A stretch of 64,000 nt of DNA from Eubacteriales bacterium (GTDB taxonomy: Bacteria; Bacillota; Clostridia; Oscillospirales; CAG-272): contig JAZRUS010000072.1 of NCBI GenBank assembly GCA_045652665.1, positions 10,121 to 74,120 of the forward strand, read 5' to 3'. Positions within the stretch are counted from its first letter, which is position 1; each line of letters opens with the position of its first letter. Of the stretch, positions 9,298 to 18,922 are shown piece by piece. The notes beneath the pieces were generated by a model. It was given only the letters and a program-made list of their open reading frames with translations. It did not search any database and was not told where the DNA came from. Position numbers and translations under genes: made by a program.

Positions 9298-10179
9298 ATG
9301 GATAATATTACAAAGTACAAATTTAAAAAGGTTTTTAGCATAGACCGTCTAATCACACTGTTTTATATGGAGTTTTCAAAGGATTTTCACTATGATGGTG
9401 AAAAGCATGATTTCTGGGAGCTCGTATATATAGACAAGGGAGAGATGCTTTGTACAGCCGAGGATAACAGCTTTGTTTTAAAAAGCGGAGAGTTGACGTT
9501 CCACAGACCGAATGAATATCACAATCTTTCTGCAAACGGCGTGGATGCCCCCAACGTAAGTGTTATTAACTTTGAGTGCCACAGTCGTGAAATGAATTTT
9601 TTCTCCGGAAAAATTTTTAAGCTTGATAGGGATGAAAAGGCTATACTTTCAATGCTTATTACTGAAGGAACCTCGTACTACAGAATGAATAGTCGATTTG
9701 ATCCGCTGGATACGAGAATGACGGAAATAGAGAATGCTCCGTTGGGAAGCAGTCAAATGACTAAAAATCTGCTTGAAGTGTTTTTAATTATGCTACGGCG
9801 TAATACAGAGCTAATAAACAAAAAAACGAGACGTCGCCTTACTATTGATGCGTCAGGTGATGAATACGGAATAAAGGAGATCATGGACTATATAGAGGAT
9901 AATCTCTATGAAAAAATCAGTATTTCCGATATTGCAGTTGCCCTCGGAAAAAGTGAAAGCACTGTGAAAAAGACTTTTGCGGCATTCAGGGCGGGCGGCG
10001 TAATCAATTATTTTAACGAGCGAAGGATAGCCGAAGCAAAACGGCTTATAAGGGAAGGAAGGTACAATTTTTCGCAGATATCTGATATGCTGCATTTTGA
10101 TACACCGCAATATTTTTCCAAATGCTTTAAGCAGTATGCTTCGATGACACCGAGTGAATATAAATCCTCAATTTTATGA
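9298..10179 (+). CDS. AraC-family transcriptional regulator (cupin sensor plus HTH)
   Basis: N-terminal cupin-like region (HYDGEKHDFWELVYIDKGEM). C-terminal AraC HTH (ISDIAVALGKSESTVKKTF ... FDTPQYFSKCFKQYASMTPSEYK). ATG at 9298 is preferred over the TTG at 9283. It is divergent from the kinase/deaminase pair. Confidence 0.85.
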   Translation: MDNITKYKFKKVFSIDRLITLFYMEFSKDFHYDGEKHDFWELVYIDKGEMLCTAEDNSFVLKSGELTFHRPNEYHNLSANGVDAPNVSVINFECHSREMNFFSGKIFKLDRDEKAILSMLITEGTSYYRMNSRFDPLDTRMTEIENAPLGSSQMTKNLLEVFLIMLRRNTELINKKTRRRLTIDASGDEYGIKEIMDYIEDNLYEKISISDIAVALGKSESTVKKTFAAFRAGGVINYFNERRIAEAKRLIREGRYNFSQISDMLHFDTPQYFSKCFKQYASMTPSEYKSSIL

Positions 10180-10186
10180 TAAAGAC

Positions 10187-10215
10187 TTGCCAAGCTCGAG
10201 CATTTTTGATATAAT
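10187..10215 (+). promoter_or_regulatory. sigma-A type promoter for recD2
   Basis: TTGCCA (10187-10192), 17-nt spacer, TATAAT (10210-10215). Confidence 0.5.
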
Positions 10216-10244
10216 ACTTATGAAGAAAAATGGGAGGCGATCTA

Positions 10245-12464
10245 ATGAGCGGAGACAAGGTGCAAGAGACCTTGAAGGGCGTTATTGAAAACGTCGTTTT
10301 CAGAAACGATACGAACGATTATACCGTTCTTGAGATCGTTACCGAAAAAAATGAGTTTATTACTGCCGTAGGCGTTATTCCTATGGCATTTGAAGGTGAA
10401 AACGTTGTTTTGACAGGGCAATGGACCTTTCATAAGGAATTCGGCAAGCAATTCTGCTTTGAATCCTACGAAAAAACATTGCCTAAGGAGATAGACGGAA
10501 TCCTTCAATATCTGTCCTCCAGCACGGTTAAAGGTATCGGTCCTGTTACGGCTCTTAAGATAGTTAATAAATTCGGGATCGAAAGCTTTGATGTTATAGA
10601 GAATCATCCGGAGTGGTTGGCAGATATCCCCGGCATAACTGTGAAAAAGGCGGCTATCATATCCGAGTCATTCAGACAGCAGACCGGTATACGTGAGGTT
10701 ATGATGTTCTGTAAGGATTATATGGGAACCGGTGAAGTTACAAGAGTATACAAAAAGCTTGGTGCGGGGGCTGTGGGTATAATAAAGGAAAATCCATATA
10801 TACTGTGCGAAAGCGAGTATGGGATTTCGTTTGAAAAGGTTGATGCGTTCGCTAAAACGTTCGGTTTTCCTCTGACGTCGCCCGTACGTGTTCTCAGTGC
10901 ATCGAAATATATTCTTTCATATAACGGACAGGTTAACGGTCATACCTGCCTTCCTCTGACAAAGCTTGCGCCTGCGACATCAGCTCTTATTGAAGTAGAT
11001 GAGGCAATAGTCTATGAAATGATATGCAGGTTCGTAGCAGACGGACGTCTCGCATCGTATATGATCGGAGACACTGTTTACGTGATGACGAGCGAGGTCG
11101 ACGGGGCGGAGCAGTTCGTGGCATCCCGGCTTGCAGCACTTGATAAAGGTGTAGAGCGCCTTTCCGCATCGGATACTGCTGCGCTTCTAGACAAGCTTGA
11201 AAATTCCTTTGGAATAAAGTATGCAAAGCTGCAGCGCGCGGCTATCTATGAGGCGCTTTCAAATGGCGTAATGATCCTTACAGGCGGACCCGGTACGGGT
11301 AAAACCACTGTTATAAAAGCACTTATTTCTATATTTGAAACCTTGGGCATGAAATACGTTCTTGCCGCGCCTACCGGCAGAGCGGCAAAAAGGATGAGCG
11401 AGGCAACTTCGTCAGAGGCAAAAACTATTCACCGTATGCTTGAGATGGAGCGTACGAGTGATCTAGAAACAAGATTTGGAAGAAACGCAAAAAATCCGCT
11501 TGAAGAAAAGGTTATTATTGTTGACGAAGCATCGATGATGGATCTCGTGCTTACCGAGGCACTTCTATATGCAATGCCTCGCGGCTCAAGGCTTATACTT
11601 ATTGGAGACGCCGATCAGCTTCCAAGCGTTGGGGCGGGAAACATTTTCTCTGACTTGATCGAGAGCAGGATGTTCAAGACGGTGTGTCTTACCGAGATAT
11701 TCCGTCAGTCAAGGGAAAGCTTGATAATTACGAATGCACATAAAATAAACGGCGGGAACGCGCCTGTACTTAATGTTACGGATAACGATTTCTTCTTTGT
11801 AAAAAGGGAATATGAAGGAGACATTCCGGCTACTATAGCAGAGCTTATAACTAAGCGGTTGCCGAAAGCCTACGGAAGCAGCATAAGAGATCAGATACAG
11901 GTCATAACACCTTCAAAAAAAGGCTCAGGCGGTGTTGAGATACTCAATAACGAGCTACAGGCCAATATAAATCCCCCGACACAGTTTAAAAAGGAAAAAA
12001 GCAGTCACGGAACCGTATTTCGCGAGGGAGACCGCGTTATGCAGACTGTTAATAATTACGACGTTACTTGGGAGCGCGGCAGACAGACGGGTGTTGGAAT
12101 TTTTAACGGAGATATCGGCGTTATTGAATCTATCAATACATCAAAATCCGAGATGAAGATACGGTTTGACGACAGGCTTGTTACATATGATTTCGATCTG
12201 CTTGATGAGCTGGAGCTGGCGTATGCAATTACCGTGCATAAAAGTCAGGGAAGTGAATATCCCGTCGTTATAATACCTATGTATCAGTGTGCGCCGATGC
12301 TTATGACGCGAAATTTGTTATATACGGCGGTTACCAGAGCGCGCAGGATGGTAATTTTGGTTGGACGCTTGGATATACCGGGTAGAATGGTGGAAAACAA
12401 TAGGGAGATTATGCGTTATACAACTCTGAAAGAGCGCATCTGCGGTTATTGTGATCAAAATTGA
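10245..12464 (+). CDS. recD2: RecD2-type ATP-dependent 5'-3' DNA helicase
   Basis: GGGAGG lies 7 nt upstream of the ATG at 10245. N-terminal OB/HhH region, Walker A GGPGTGKTT, IIVDEASM, and C-terminal YAITVHKSQGSE. Confidence 0.9.
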   Translation: MSGDKVQETLKGVIENVVFRNDTNDYTVLEIVTEKNEFITAVGVIPMAFEGENVVLTGQWTFHKEFGKQFCFESYEKTLPKEIDGILQYLSSSTVKGIGPVTALKIVNKFGIESFDVIENHPEWLADIPGITVKKAAIISESFRQQTGIREVMMFCKDYMGTGEVTRVYKKLGAGAVGIIKENPYILCESEYGISFEKVDAFAKTFGFPLTSPVRVLSASKYILSYNGQVNGHTCLPLTKLAPATSALIEVDEAIVYEMICRFVADGRLASYMIGDTVYVMTSEVDGAEQFVASRLAALDKGVERLSASDTAALLDKLENSFGIKYAKLQRAAIYEALSNGVMILTGGPGTGKTTVIKALISIFETLGMKYVLAAPTGRAAKRMSEATSSEAKTIHRMLEMERTSDLETRFGRNAKNPLEEKVIIVDEASMMDLVLTEALLYAMPRGSRLILIGDADQLPSVGAGNIFSDLIESRMFKTVCLTEIFRQSRESLIITNAHKINGGNAPVLNVTDNDFFFVKREYEGDIPATIAELITKRLPKAYGSSIRDQIQVITPSKKGSGGVEILNNELQANINPPTQFKKEKSSHGTVFREGDRVMQTVNNYDVTWERGRQTGVGIFNGDIGVIESINTSKSEMKIRFDDRLVTYDFDLLDELELAYAITVHKSQGSEYPVVIIPMYQCAPMLMTRNLLYTAVTRARRMVILVGRLDIPGRMVENNREIMRYTTLKERICGYCDQN

Positions 12465-12486
12465 GCTCAATAATTTGAAAATACAC

Positions 12487-12515
12487 TTGAAATTTTATTA
12501 AAAATACTGTATAAT
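12487..12515 (+). promoter_or_regulatory. consensus-like promoter for the MreB-like gene
   Basis: TTGAAA (12487-12492), 17-nt spacer, TATAAT (12510-12515). The leader carries a tandem TATTGTGC[CG]T x2 (12528-12547) and a short hairpin CCTGC-ATT-GCAGG (12553-12565). Confidence 0.55.
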
Positions 12516-12591
12516 TGATACAATGCATATTGTGCCTTATTGTGCGTTATAGACCTGCATTGCAGGAATCACGGAAAGAAAGGAGCGCGTA

Positions 12592-13617
12592 ATGATTGCA
12601 AAAATCGGTCTTGATCTCGGATATGCGAATATCACAATGAGTGACGTCAGTGCCGAGGTTTTCAGAGAACCTTCGGTAGTCCTGCTTGACAAGGGTACGC
12701 GCAACGTAATTTCCGTAGGAAACAAGGCGGCTATGGGAGATGAAGTGAAGAACGCTATGCTTGTTCGTCCGTTTAAAAACGGATTGCTTTATTCCTCTGA
12801 TCTAACAAGAGAAATTATAAAGCATGCGGTAGGATCTATTAGAACAACCGATAAGATCCGGTGCTTGATCGCTCTCCCCTCGGATTACATACCGAAGCAG
12901 GAAGCCGAGATATTTAAGATGCTTACGGATTCCGGAGTTTCCGAATGTTTTTCGGTAACACCTGCGGTCGCGGCTCTTATCGGAGCGGGATACTCGCCTA
13001 ACATAAGCGCAATTTCAGTTAACGTCGGTGCTGCATCGACCGAGATCGCTGTGCTTCATAGCGGGAATATAATATATTCCTCACGCGCCGAGGTCGGCGG
13101 AGAAAACTTTGATAAGGCTGTAAAGCAATATATTTTTGATCAGGGAGATATGAACGTATCTCTTCTCGTAGCCAGAACAATAAAAGAGCGTCTTGGTGCA
13201 GTGTGGCAGGGAAGGGAATCGCAGAGTATTGATATTGAGGGAACGCTCTCCTTAACGGGAAGCAGAGTCAGAATGTCGATGTGTACGGAGGATGTCGTCG
13301 GAGTATTTGAAAATCCGTTGAAGGATCTTCTCGAATTTATCGCTAATTCCGTTAAGAAGATCCCGATTGAATACGTCGAGGAGATATTTAAAAACGGAAT
13401 TATTCTTTCCGGAGGAGGCTCTGAAATATTCGGACTTGATATAATGATGTCCAAGGTATTTGGAATCTCGGTTACTAGGGCGATGTCACCGATTGACAGC
13501 GTTGCAAGAGGATTGTCAAGGATCAATACATTCCTGCCTCTTAAGATGAAAAGTGGGAAAAATATTACCTCACAGCTTGCTAAGCTTTATGAAACAAAGA
13601 AAGAGAATAAAAAATAG
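12592..13617 (+). CDS. divergent MreB/actin-family protein
   Basis: 341 aa, colinear with MreB (REPSVV, VGNKA, RPFKNG, PAVAALIGAG, GIILSGGGS). The phosphate-binding motifs are degenerate: DLGYANI versus DLGTANT, and NVGAASTE versus DIGGGTTE. Confidence 0.75.
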   Translation: MIAKIGLDLGYANITMSDVSAEVFREPSVVLLDKGTRNVISVGNKAAMGDEVKNAMLVRPFKNGLLYSSDLTREIIKHAVGSIRTTDKIRCLIALPSDYIPKQEAEIFKMLTDSGVSECFSVTPAVAALIGAGYSPNISAISVNVGAASTEIAVLHSGNIIYSSRAEVGGENFDKAVKQYIFDQGDMNVSLLVARTIKERLGAVWQGRESQSIDIEGTLSLTGSRVRMSMCTEDVVGVFENPLKDLLEFIANSVKKIPIEYVEEIFKNGIILSGGGSEIFGLDIMMSKVFGISVTRAMSPIDSVARGLSRINTFLPLKMKSGKNITSQLAKLYETKKENKK

Positions 13618-13628
13618 GGGAAAATAAA

Positions 13629-13745
13629 ATGAAAAATAATGAAAAGAAAACCACCTCGCTGTCTGTGAAAATAATTGCCGGAATTCTTGCAGCCCTTATG
13701 CTTGGATCGGTTGTTATCGGACTTGTATCTATGCTTGTCGGTTGA
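13629..13745 (+). CDS. possible 38-aa single-pass membrane micropeptide
   Basis: The ATG lies 12 nt after the MreB-like stop and follows AGGGGA. Sequence MKNNEKKTTSLSVKIIAGILAALMLGSVVIGLVSMLVG has a basic N-terminus and one hydrophobic helix. It is too short to judge from coding statistics. Confidence 0.3.
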   Translation: MKNNEKKTTSLSVKIIAGILAALMLGSVVIGLVSMLVG

Positions 13746-13818
13746 TTGAATTTTGAAGAGAATAAAAAGCCATCGGCTTCGTGCGATATGCAATGTAGAG
13801 TCGGCGGTTTTTTGTTTT

Positions 13819-14065
13819 TACACTTTTCCGTTTTCAATTTTTTTGTTGGTAAATTCGGTTGAAAGATAATATACGAGTTGAATGAGCTTTTCAGACGTCC
13901 CGATTTTGTTGATAACTTTCAACACTTTTTCTACACAATTCCGAGATTGCAGGCAGTTTTGAGGGGATAAGCCATTAAAAACGACCCCAAAACGGCTTAA
14001 AATCAACAACGGAAAAATGTATTCTGTTGAAAAACGAGCGTTAGCGCATTGAACGGAAAAGTGTA
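13819..14065. repeat. 247-bp non-coding segment bounded by a perfect 14-bp inverted repeat (MITE-like)
   Basis: TACACTTTTCCGTT (13819-13832) and AACGGAAAAGTGTA (14052-14065) are exact reverse complements. A third near-copy, AACGGAAAAATGTA, lies at 14008-14021. There is an internal hairpin GTTTTGAGGGG...CCCCAAAAC near 13958-13992. Confidence 0.4.
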
Positions 14066-14077
14066 TTTTACAAAAGT

Positions 14078-14111
14078 AAAAGGGGCCCGAAAAACAGGCC
14101 CCTGAATTTTT
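14078..14111. terminator. bidirectional terminator (ftsZ on the minus strand)
   Basis: GGGGCC (14082-14087) pairs with GGCCCC (14097-14102), flanked by an A-run and a T-run. Confidence 0.7.
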
Positions 14112-14118
14112 GTATGAA

Positions 14119-15453
14119 TTAATTGCGCTTACGCATATTTCCGAAGAGGTTGTCGTACGCCCTCATATCATCCTGCGGTTTATTGCGTGAGGGTATGGTG
14201 TTTACAATGACCTCAGGCTGAGCAGCTGTGGCAGGCTCCGGAATATAAGCAGGCTTCGGGGTGACGGTTTCCTCAAGCGCGGGAGTATCCTCTTGTGCGT
14301 ATGTATTGCTGATCTCTGTCGCATACGTCTGTGCAGCGTGTGATTGAGTCTCATATACAGTGCGTACCTGAGGTTCATATGCAGGCTGCGGTTGCGGCTC
14401 GTAGCCCTGCTGTACTCGCAGCTGCGACTGCACCTGCGCCTCGGATGAGGTTCGTGCATCGACCTCTGTTCTGGTCTTATCGAGTATCTTATTCACAGGC
14501 TTGGAAAAACCTGTTGCAATGATAGTGACCTTCATCTCGTCCTCAAGCGTGGGATCAAGCGTTGCACCCCAAATAATCGTTGCATCGGGATGAGCCTCTT
14601 CGTAGATCATCTGAGATGCGAGGTTGACCTCATCAAGCTGGATATCCTGTGAAGCGGTTATGCAGACGAGAACGCCTGTTGCGCCCGCAATGCTTGTCTC
14701 AAGGAGCGGAGAGGATATAGCCGCCATAGACGCAAGCTGAGCCTTGTCAGCACCTTTTGCAGAGCCGACGCCCATGTGAGCAAAGCCGGCACTCTTCATA
14801 ATTGTGGTAACGTCTGCAAAGTCAAGGTTAATGAATCCGGGAACATTTATGAGCTCGGATACAGACTGTACACCGCGGCGAAGAACGTCGTCCGCAATCT
14901 CGAATGCGTTTGCAAGGGTGATGTGAGTGTCCTCGACCTGCTTGAGTCTCTCATTGGGGATAACTATGAGAGAGTCGACGTATTTAGAAAGCTCGGCAAT
15001 TCCAGCTTCTGCCTGCTTGTATCTTTTTATTCCTTCAAAGGAGAAGGGCTTAGTAACGATACCAACGGTAAGTATACCCATATCGTGAGCTGCCTTAGCA
15101 ACTACGGGTGCCGCACCGGTTCCGGTGCCTCCACCCATACCTGCAGTGATAAAGACCATGTCTGCCCCGTCGAGTATCGACTTAACTTCATCAATTGATT
15201 CCTCGGCAGCTCTTTTTCCAACCTCGGGGTTTGAGCCGGCTCCGAGTCCCTTAGTTATCTTGTCACCAAGAACGAGCTTTTTTGCCGCGCATGACGTGTT
15301 GAGTGCCTGCTTGTCCGTATTCATTGCGATGAACTCAACACCGCGTATATTCGTAGAAATCATGCGGTTTACTGCGTTATTTCCGCCGCCGCCGATACCG
15401 ATTACCTTTATATTGACTCCGCTGTCATAAACCTGTTCGAAATCGAATTCCAT
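14119..15453 (-). CDS. ftsZ: cell division GTPase FtsZ
   Basis: The true start is MEFDFEQ at 15453, after GGAGG. The 28-codon N-terminal extension in the ORF track is AT-rich promoter sequence. Motifs [11 protein letters not shown] and [10 protein letters not shown], followed by a Q/P-rich linker and a C-terminal peptide. Confidence 0.97.
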   Translation of the reverse strand: MEFDFEQVYDSGVNIKVIGIGGGGNNAVNRMISTNIRGVEFIAMNTDKQALNTSCAAKKLVLGDKITKGLGAGSNPEVGKRAAEESIDEVKSILDGADMVFITAGMGGGTGTGAAPVVAKAAHDMGILTVGIVTKPFSFEGIKRYKQAEAGIAELSKYVDSLIVIPNERLKQVEDTHITLANAFEIADDVLRRGVQSVSELINVPGFINLDFADVTTIMKSAGFAHMGVGSAKGADKAQLASMAAISSPLLETSIAGATGVLVCITASQDIQLDEVNLASQMIYEEAHPDATIIWGATLDPTLEDEMKVTIIATGFSKPVNKILDKTRTEVDARTSSEAQVQSQLRVQQGYEPQPQPAYEPQVRTVYETQSHAAQTYATEISNTYAQEDTPALEETVTPKPAYIPEPATAAQPEVIVNTIPSRNKPQDDMRAYDNLFGNMRKRN

Positions 15454-15633
15454 TTTTAGACCTCCGTATATAATATTATATGCAAAATATTTTATATGAA
15501 TAGATAGAGTTATACATATAATATTATATATTATCAACCGGAGAATTTCAAGAGGTTTTTTTCATCTTTTCAAAATTTGTCATTTTAACCATAAAAACTC
15601 GCCGAAAAGTGCGGCAGAACCCCAAAAGATTGG

Positions 15634-16746
15634 TTATTGTGACATATTGCTTACCGCTTCTATTTCATCAAGGATTCTTTTTATTGAATCCTCAACGAAA
15701 TGGCGTTTTGTTTTAAATGCCATTTCAGCCCGTTTTGAGCCGTCTGATTCAAGGCTCTTTATAGCGTTTAAAAGACTGTTCTCGTCAAGCGCACTTTCCT
15801 CTATCATAATTGCTGCTCCGTCATCTGCGAGTAGTTTAGCGTTTTTATACTGGTGATTGTTTGTCACGTTTGGAGATGGAATAAGTATGGGGGCAACCCC
15901 TACTGCACATATCTCTCCAAGCGTCATTGCTCCGCATCTGGAAATGACAATGTCTGATGCTGAAATTACGGTTGGCATATCATCAATGAAAGGCTTTATG
16001 ATACAACCTCTGTTGCCCTTTGTAAGGGTAGGATATTTCTCCTTGATCGATTTATAGTATTTTCTTCCACAGGAGTGAATATGTTTTATTTTCTTGTTTT
16101 TTACAGAGTGACTTGTCATAATTGCGAGGATGGTATGATTCATTTTTTCAGAGCCGCCGCTTCCTCCGAACGATGATATTAGAATCTCTCCATCGGAAAT
16201 ACCGAGTTTTCTTCTTGCGAGGCGTCTGTCCGAGTTAATAAAATCGGCTCTTATAGGATTCCCTACGGTACGGAGGTTATCCTTTCTTTTAAATTCTGCA
16301 TCCGAGCCCTCGAGGTTTAATAGTACACGGTCTATTTTTGAAGCAACCGCTTTTGTCACCAGACCGGGGCAGGCGTTGGATTCGTGAACCATTGCAGGTA
16401 TGCGAAGTGATATGGCTGCCCTAAGAACCGGCCAGCATACGTATCCTCCCGTTCCTATGACTATATCGGGAGAATAATCCTTAATTATTTTTTTTGCCTT
16501 AAAATATGCCTTGAGCGCCCGGTGCGCGATTTTTATGTTTCCTATACACAGTTTGCGCTTGAAACCGCTTATCTCTATCTCTTTCATCGGTATTTTTGCT
16601 GCTTGCACCGGTCGGTTTTCGTCACCGCCCGATCTTCCGATGAAAAGAATATCGCACTTCTTGTATTTTACCTTTAATGCTTCCGCAATCGCGAGCGCAG
16701 GACTTATATGACCTACGGTGCCGCCTCCGCACAGTATCACTCTCAT
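15634..16746 (-). CDS. murG: undecaprenyldiphospho-muramoylpentapeptide beta-N-acetylglucosaminyltransferase
   Basis: 370 aa with N-terminal GGGTVGHISPALA and dcw context. Confidence 0.93.
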   Translation of the reverse strand: MRVILCGGGTVGHISPALAIAEALKVKYKKCDILFIGRSGGDENRPVQAAKIPMKEIEISGFKRKLCIGNIKIAHRALKAYFKAKKIIKDYSPDIVIGTGGYVCWPVLRAAISLRIPAMVHESNACPGLVTKAVASKIDRVLLNLEGSDAEFKRKDNLRTVGNPIRADFINSDRRLARRKLGISDGEILISSFGGSGGSEKMNHTILAIMTSHSVKNKKIKHIHSCGRKYYKSIKEKYPTLTKGNRGCIIKPFIDDMPTVISASDIVISRCGAMTLGEICAVGVAPILIPSPNVTNNHQYKNAKLLADDGAAIMIEESALDENSLLNAIKSLESDGSKRAEMAFKTKRHFVEDSIKRILDEIEAVSNMSQ

Positions 16747-16760
16747 TTTCTTCTCCTCGG

Positions 16761-17939
16761 TTACTTTTTTATTCTCGAATATCGTGATATGGAAAGTAAA
16801 ATACCCATTTCAAAAAATATCATTATCAGAGAGGAACCGCCATAGCTGAAAAATGGGAGAGATATTCCGGTGTTTGGTATAGTATTTGTAACTACTGCAA
16901 TATTTAAAAGCGTTTGTATTGCCATTTTTGTGCTTATGCCAAATGCTGCAAGCCGTGAAAAAGTATCCTGTGACCTTATTGCGATATGGTAACCGCGGTA
17001 AATTACAAAGGCAAAAAGCAAAATTGCCAGAATAGCTCCTATAAGTCCAAGCTCCTCGCAAAGAATCGCAAATATCATATCGTTTGCAGGCTCAGAAACG
17101 TAGCAATGCTTCATGACGCTTTTTCCGTAGCCAACACCAAACAGTCCTCCCGAACCGATTGCCATAAGTCCCTGCAATGTTTGCCAGCCGCCGGTAAGCT
17201 TATACTGTTCAGGATCTCTCCATACGGTGATACGTTCCTTTGTGTAGTCTGTAAAAAGGGCAAGAGAGGTTATGCCGCCTGCACCTATTCCGCAGAAAAG
17301 CGATATGTATCTGAGGTTCGCGCCGCCTCCCACGATCATCATAAGGCCTAAAACACCGAGAATTATGATACAGGACAGATGCTTTTGAAGCATAACCAAA
17401 ATTATGGGAATTAGCATCAGAAGTATGGGGGCGACCGTTCCGTAAATGAATATGATCCTTTTTGAGCGTTGCTCGGTTGCCAATGCTTCTCGGTCGGAAA
17501 AATATTTAGACATTATCAGTATCAGGGATATTTTTGCGATCTCGGAGGGCTGTATAGTTAACGGGCCTATGGATATCCATCTTTTTGCTCCGTTACCTAC
17601 AAATCCTATTACCAGCACAAGGACAAGCAGTATGAGCGTGATGACGTAGAATATAGGGGCGATCGCTTTATAAAATCCGGGCTTGATATGCGCTGCTGTG
17701 AACATTGTGATTATTCCGACTATGAGCCACAGTATCTGCCGTTTCATAAAATATGCTCTGTCGTTGTAACGCGCGTAAGCATATGCTTCTCCTGCGCTGA
17801 ACACCATAAGCGTTCCAAACAGTGCCAGAGCGAGTATTCCAAACAAAAGCGCTAGGTCGTACGGAACTGTGTTTTTTGATAAAAACGGTTTTCTCAGATC
17901 GGAAAGTTCGGATCTGAATAAACGTTGTTGTTTTGTCAT
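16761..17939 (-). CDS. ftsW: SEDS-family peptidoglycan polymerase FtsW/SpoVE
   Basis: 392 aa polytopic membrane protein with C-terminal PNTGISLPFFSYGGSS signature and dcw context. Confidence 0.9.
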   Translation of the reverse strand: MTKQQRLFRSELSDLRKPFLSKNTVPYDLALLFGILALALFGTLMVFSAGEAYAYARYNDRAYFMKRQILWLIVGIITMFTAAHIKPGFYKAIAPIFYVITLILLVLVLVIGFVGNGAKRWISIGPLTIQPSEIAKISLILIMSKYFSDREALATEQRSKRIIFIYGTVAPILLMLIPIILVMLQKHLSCIIILGVLGLMMIVGGGANLRYISLFCGIGAGGITSLALFTDYTKERITVWRDPEQYKLTGGWQTLQGLMAIGSGGLFGVGYGKSVMKHCYVSEPANDMIFAILCEELGLIGAILAILLFAFVIYRGYHIAIRSQDTFSRLAAFGISTKMAIQTLLNIAVVTNTIPNTGISLPFFSYGGSSLIMIFFEMGILLSISRYSRIKK

Positions 17940-18922
17940 GGTAAATAAAAAATATAAGCCGGAATGGAGAAAATGAAGGTTATAAGAATTGCCGCAATGC
18001 AGATGCGATTTTCACTCCATCCGCTTTTTTCAAAATGGTGATGAATTGGTGCCATCCTAAAAATTCTTTTTTTAGTTATTTTAAAGTAAATAACCTGAAG
18101 TATTACAGATACTCCCTCAAGAACGTAAACTCCACCGATAAAAACAATAAGAAGCGGATTTTTTAAAGCAAATGCACAGCTTGAAACCAACGCGCCGAAG
18201 AACAGAGAGCCGGTATCCCCCATGAAGATCTTCGCAGGATGAAGATTAAACATTAAAAAACCGACCGATGCCCCTACCACGGACGACGCGATAAGCGATG
18301 CTTCCACGTTCAGCGCAGCAGAAATGTAGAAAAACGAGATTCCAATTGCAAACGCCACGGATGATGCAAGCCCGTCGATCCCGTCGGTTAGATTTGCACA
18401 GTTTACAATTCCTACGAGTAATAGCAGCGAGAGAGGATAATAAAGAAATCCGATGTCAATGCTTCCAAAGGAAAAGCTGATCTCTGTAGTGTCTCCAAGC
18501 GCGTGACGACGCGCAAAAAGAAACAGTGAAGCTGTAAGAAACTGTAGAATAAGTTTTTGTGTAGGAGAAAGCCCCGCATTTTTTTTATGCTTCAATTTTT
18601 TGAGATCGTCTATGATACCAATTGCAGAGTTGGATACTGCGTATCCGATAGATATTAAAACAGAGAGGGCTATATCGGAAGAAATATTGAATATTACAAA
18701 TACTGCTGAAAAAATAAGCGCAACCGAGCAAGCGAGTAAAAATGCTAAGCCACCCATCGTAGGGGTGCCGCTTTTGCTCATGTGCCATCTCGGCCCTTCT
18801 TCGTATATGGGTTGCCTTGCCTTTGCCGCAAGTCGGGGAATTATTTTTTTCTCGATCACAGCCGTCAGTATCAGTGTAGAGAAAAATGATAATGCGTATA
18901 AAGGGAAGTGTTTATCAAGCAT
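17936..18922 (-). CDS. mraY: phospho-N-acetylmuramoyl-pentapeptide transferase
   Basis: 328 aa with motifs NLTDGIDGLA, FMGDTGSL, RMAPIHHHFE. Confidence 0.95.
   Translation of the reverse strand: MLDKHFPLYALSFFSTLILTAVIEKKIIPRLAAKARQPIYEEGPRWHMSKSGTPTMGGLAFLLACSVALIFSAVFVIFNISSDIALSVLISIGYAVSNSAIGIIDDLKKLKHKKNAGLSPTQKLILQFLTASLFLFARRHALGDTTEISFSFGSIDIGFLYYPLSLLLLVGIVNCANLTDGIDGLASSVAFAIGISFFYISAALNVEASLIASSVVGASVGFLMFNLHPAKIFMGDTGSLFFGALVSSCAFALKNPLLIVFIGGVYVLEGVSVILQVIYFKITKKRIFRMAPIHHHFEKSGWSENRICIAAILITFIFSIPAYIFYLP

Noticed and set aside
13818-14009. A 63-codon minus-strand ORF lies inside the inverted-repeat-bounded element.
   Set aside because: It has a TTG start, no RBS, and low-complexity sequence, and it spans the internal hairpin. 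The region is treated as non-coding.
14119-15537. N-terminal extensions in the ORF track affect many genes: ftsZ (+28 codons), mraZ (+32), truA (+16), ruvC (+10), DUF951 (+9), the PBP2B-type gene (+11), the large orphan gene (+37), Mn catalase (+4), recD2 (+5), comEC (+6), and the ygjP-like gene (+29).
   Set aside because: In each case a downstream ATG or GTG has a proper GGAGG-type RBS at 5-9 nt and matches the conserved N-terminus of the family. The extensions run through AT-rich promoter sequence or overlap the preceding gene.
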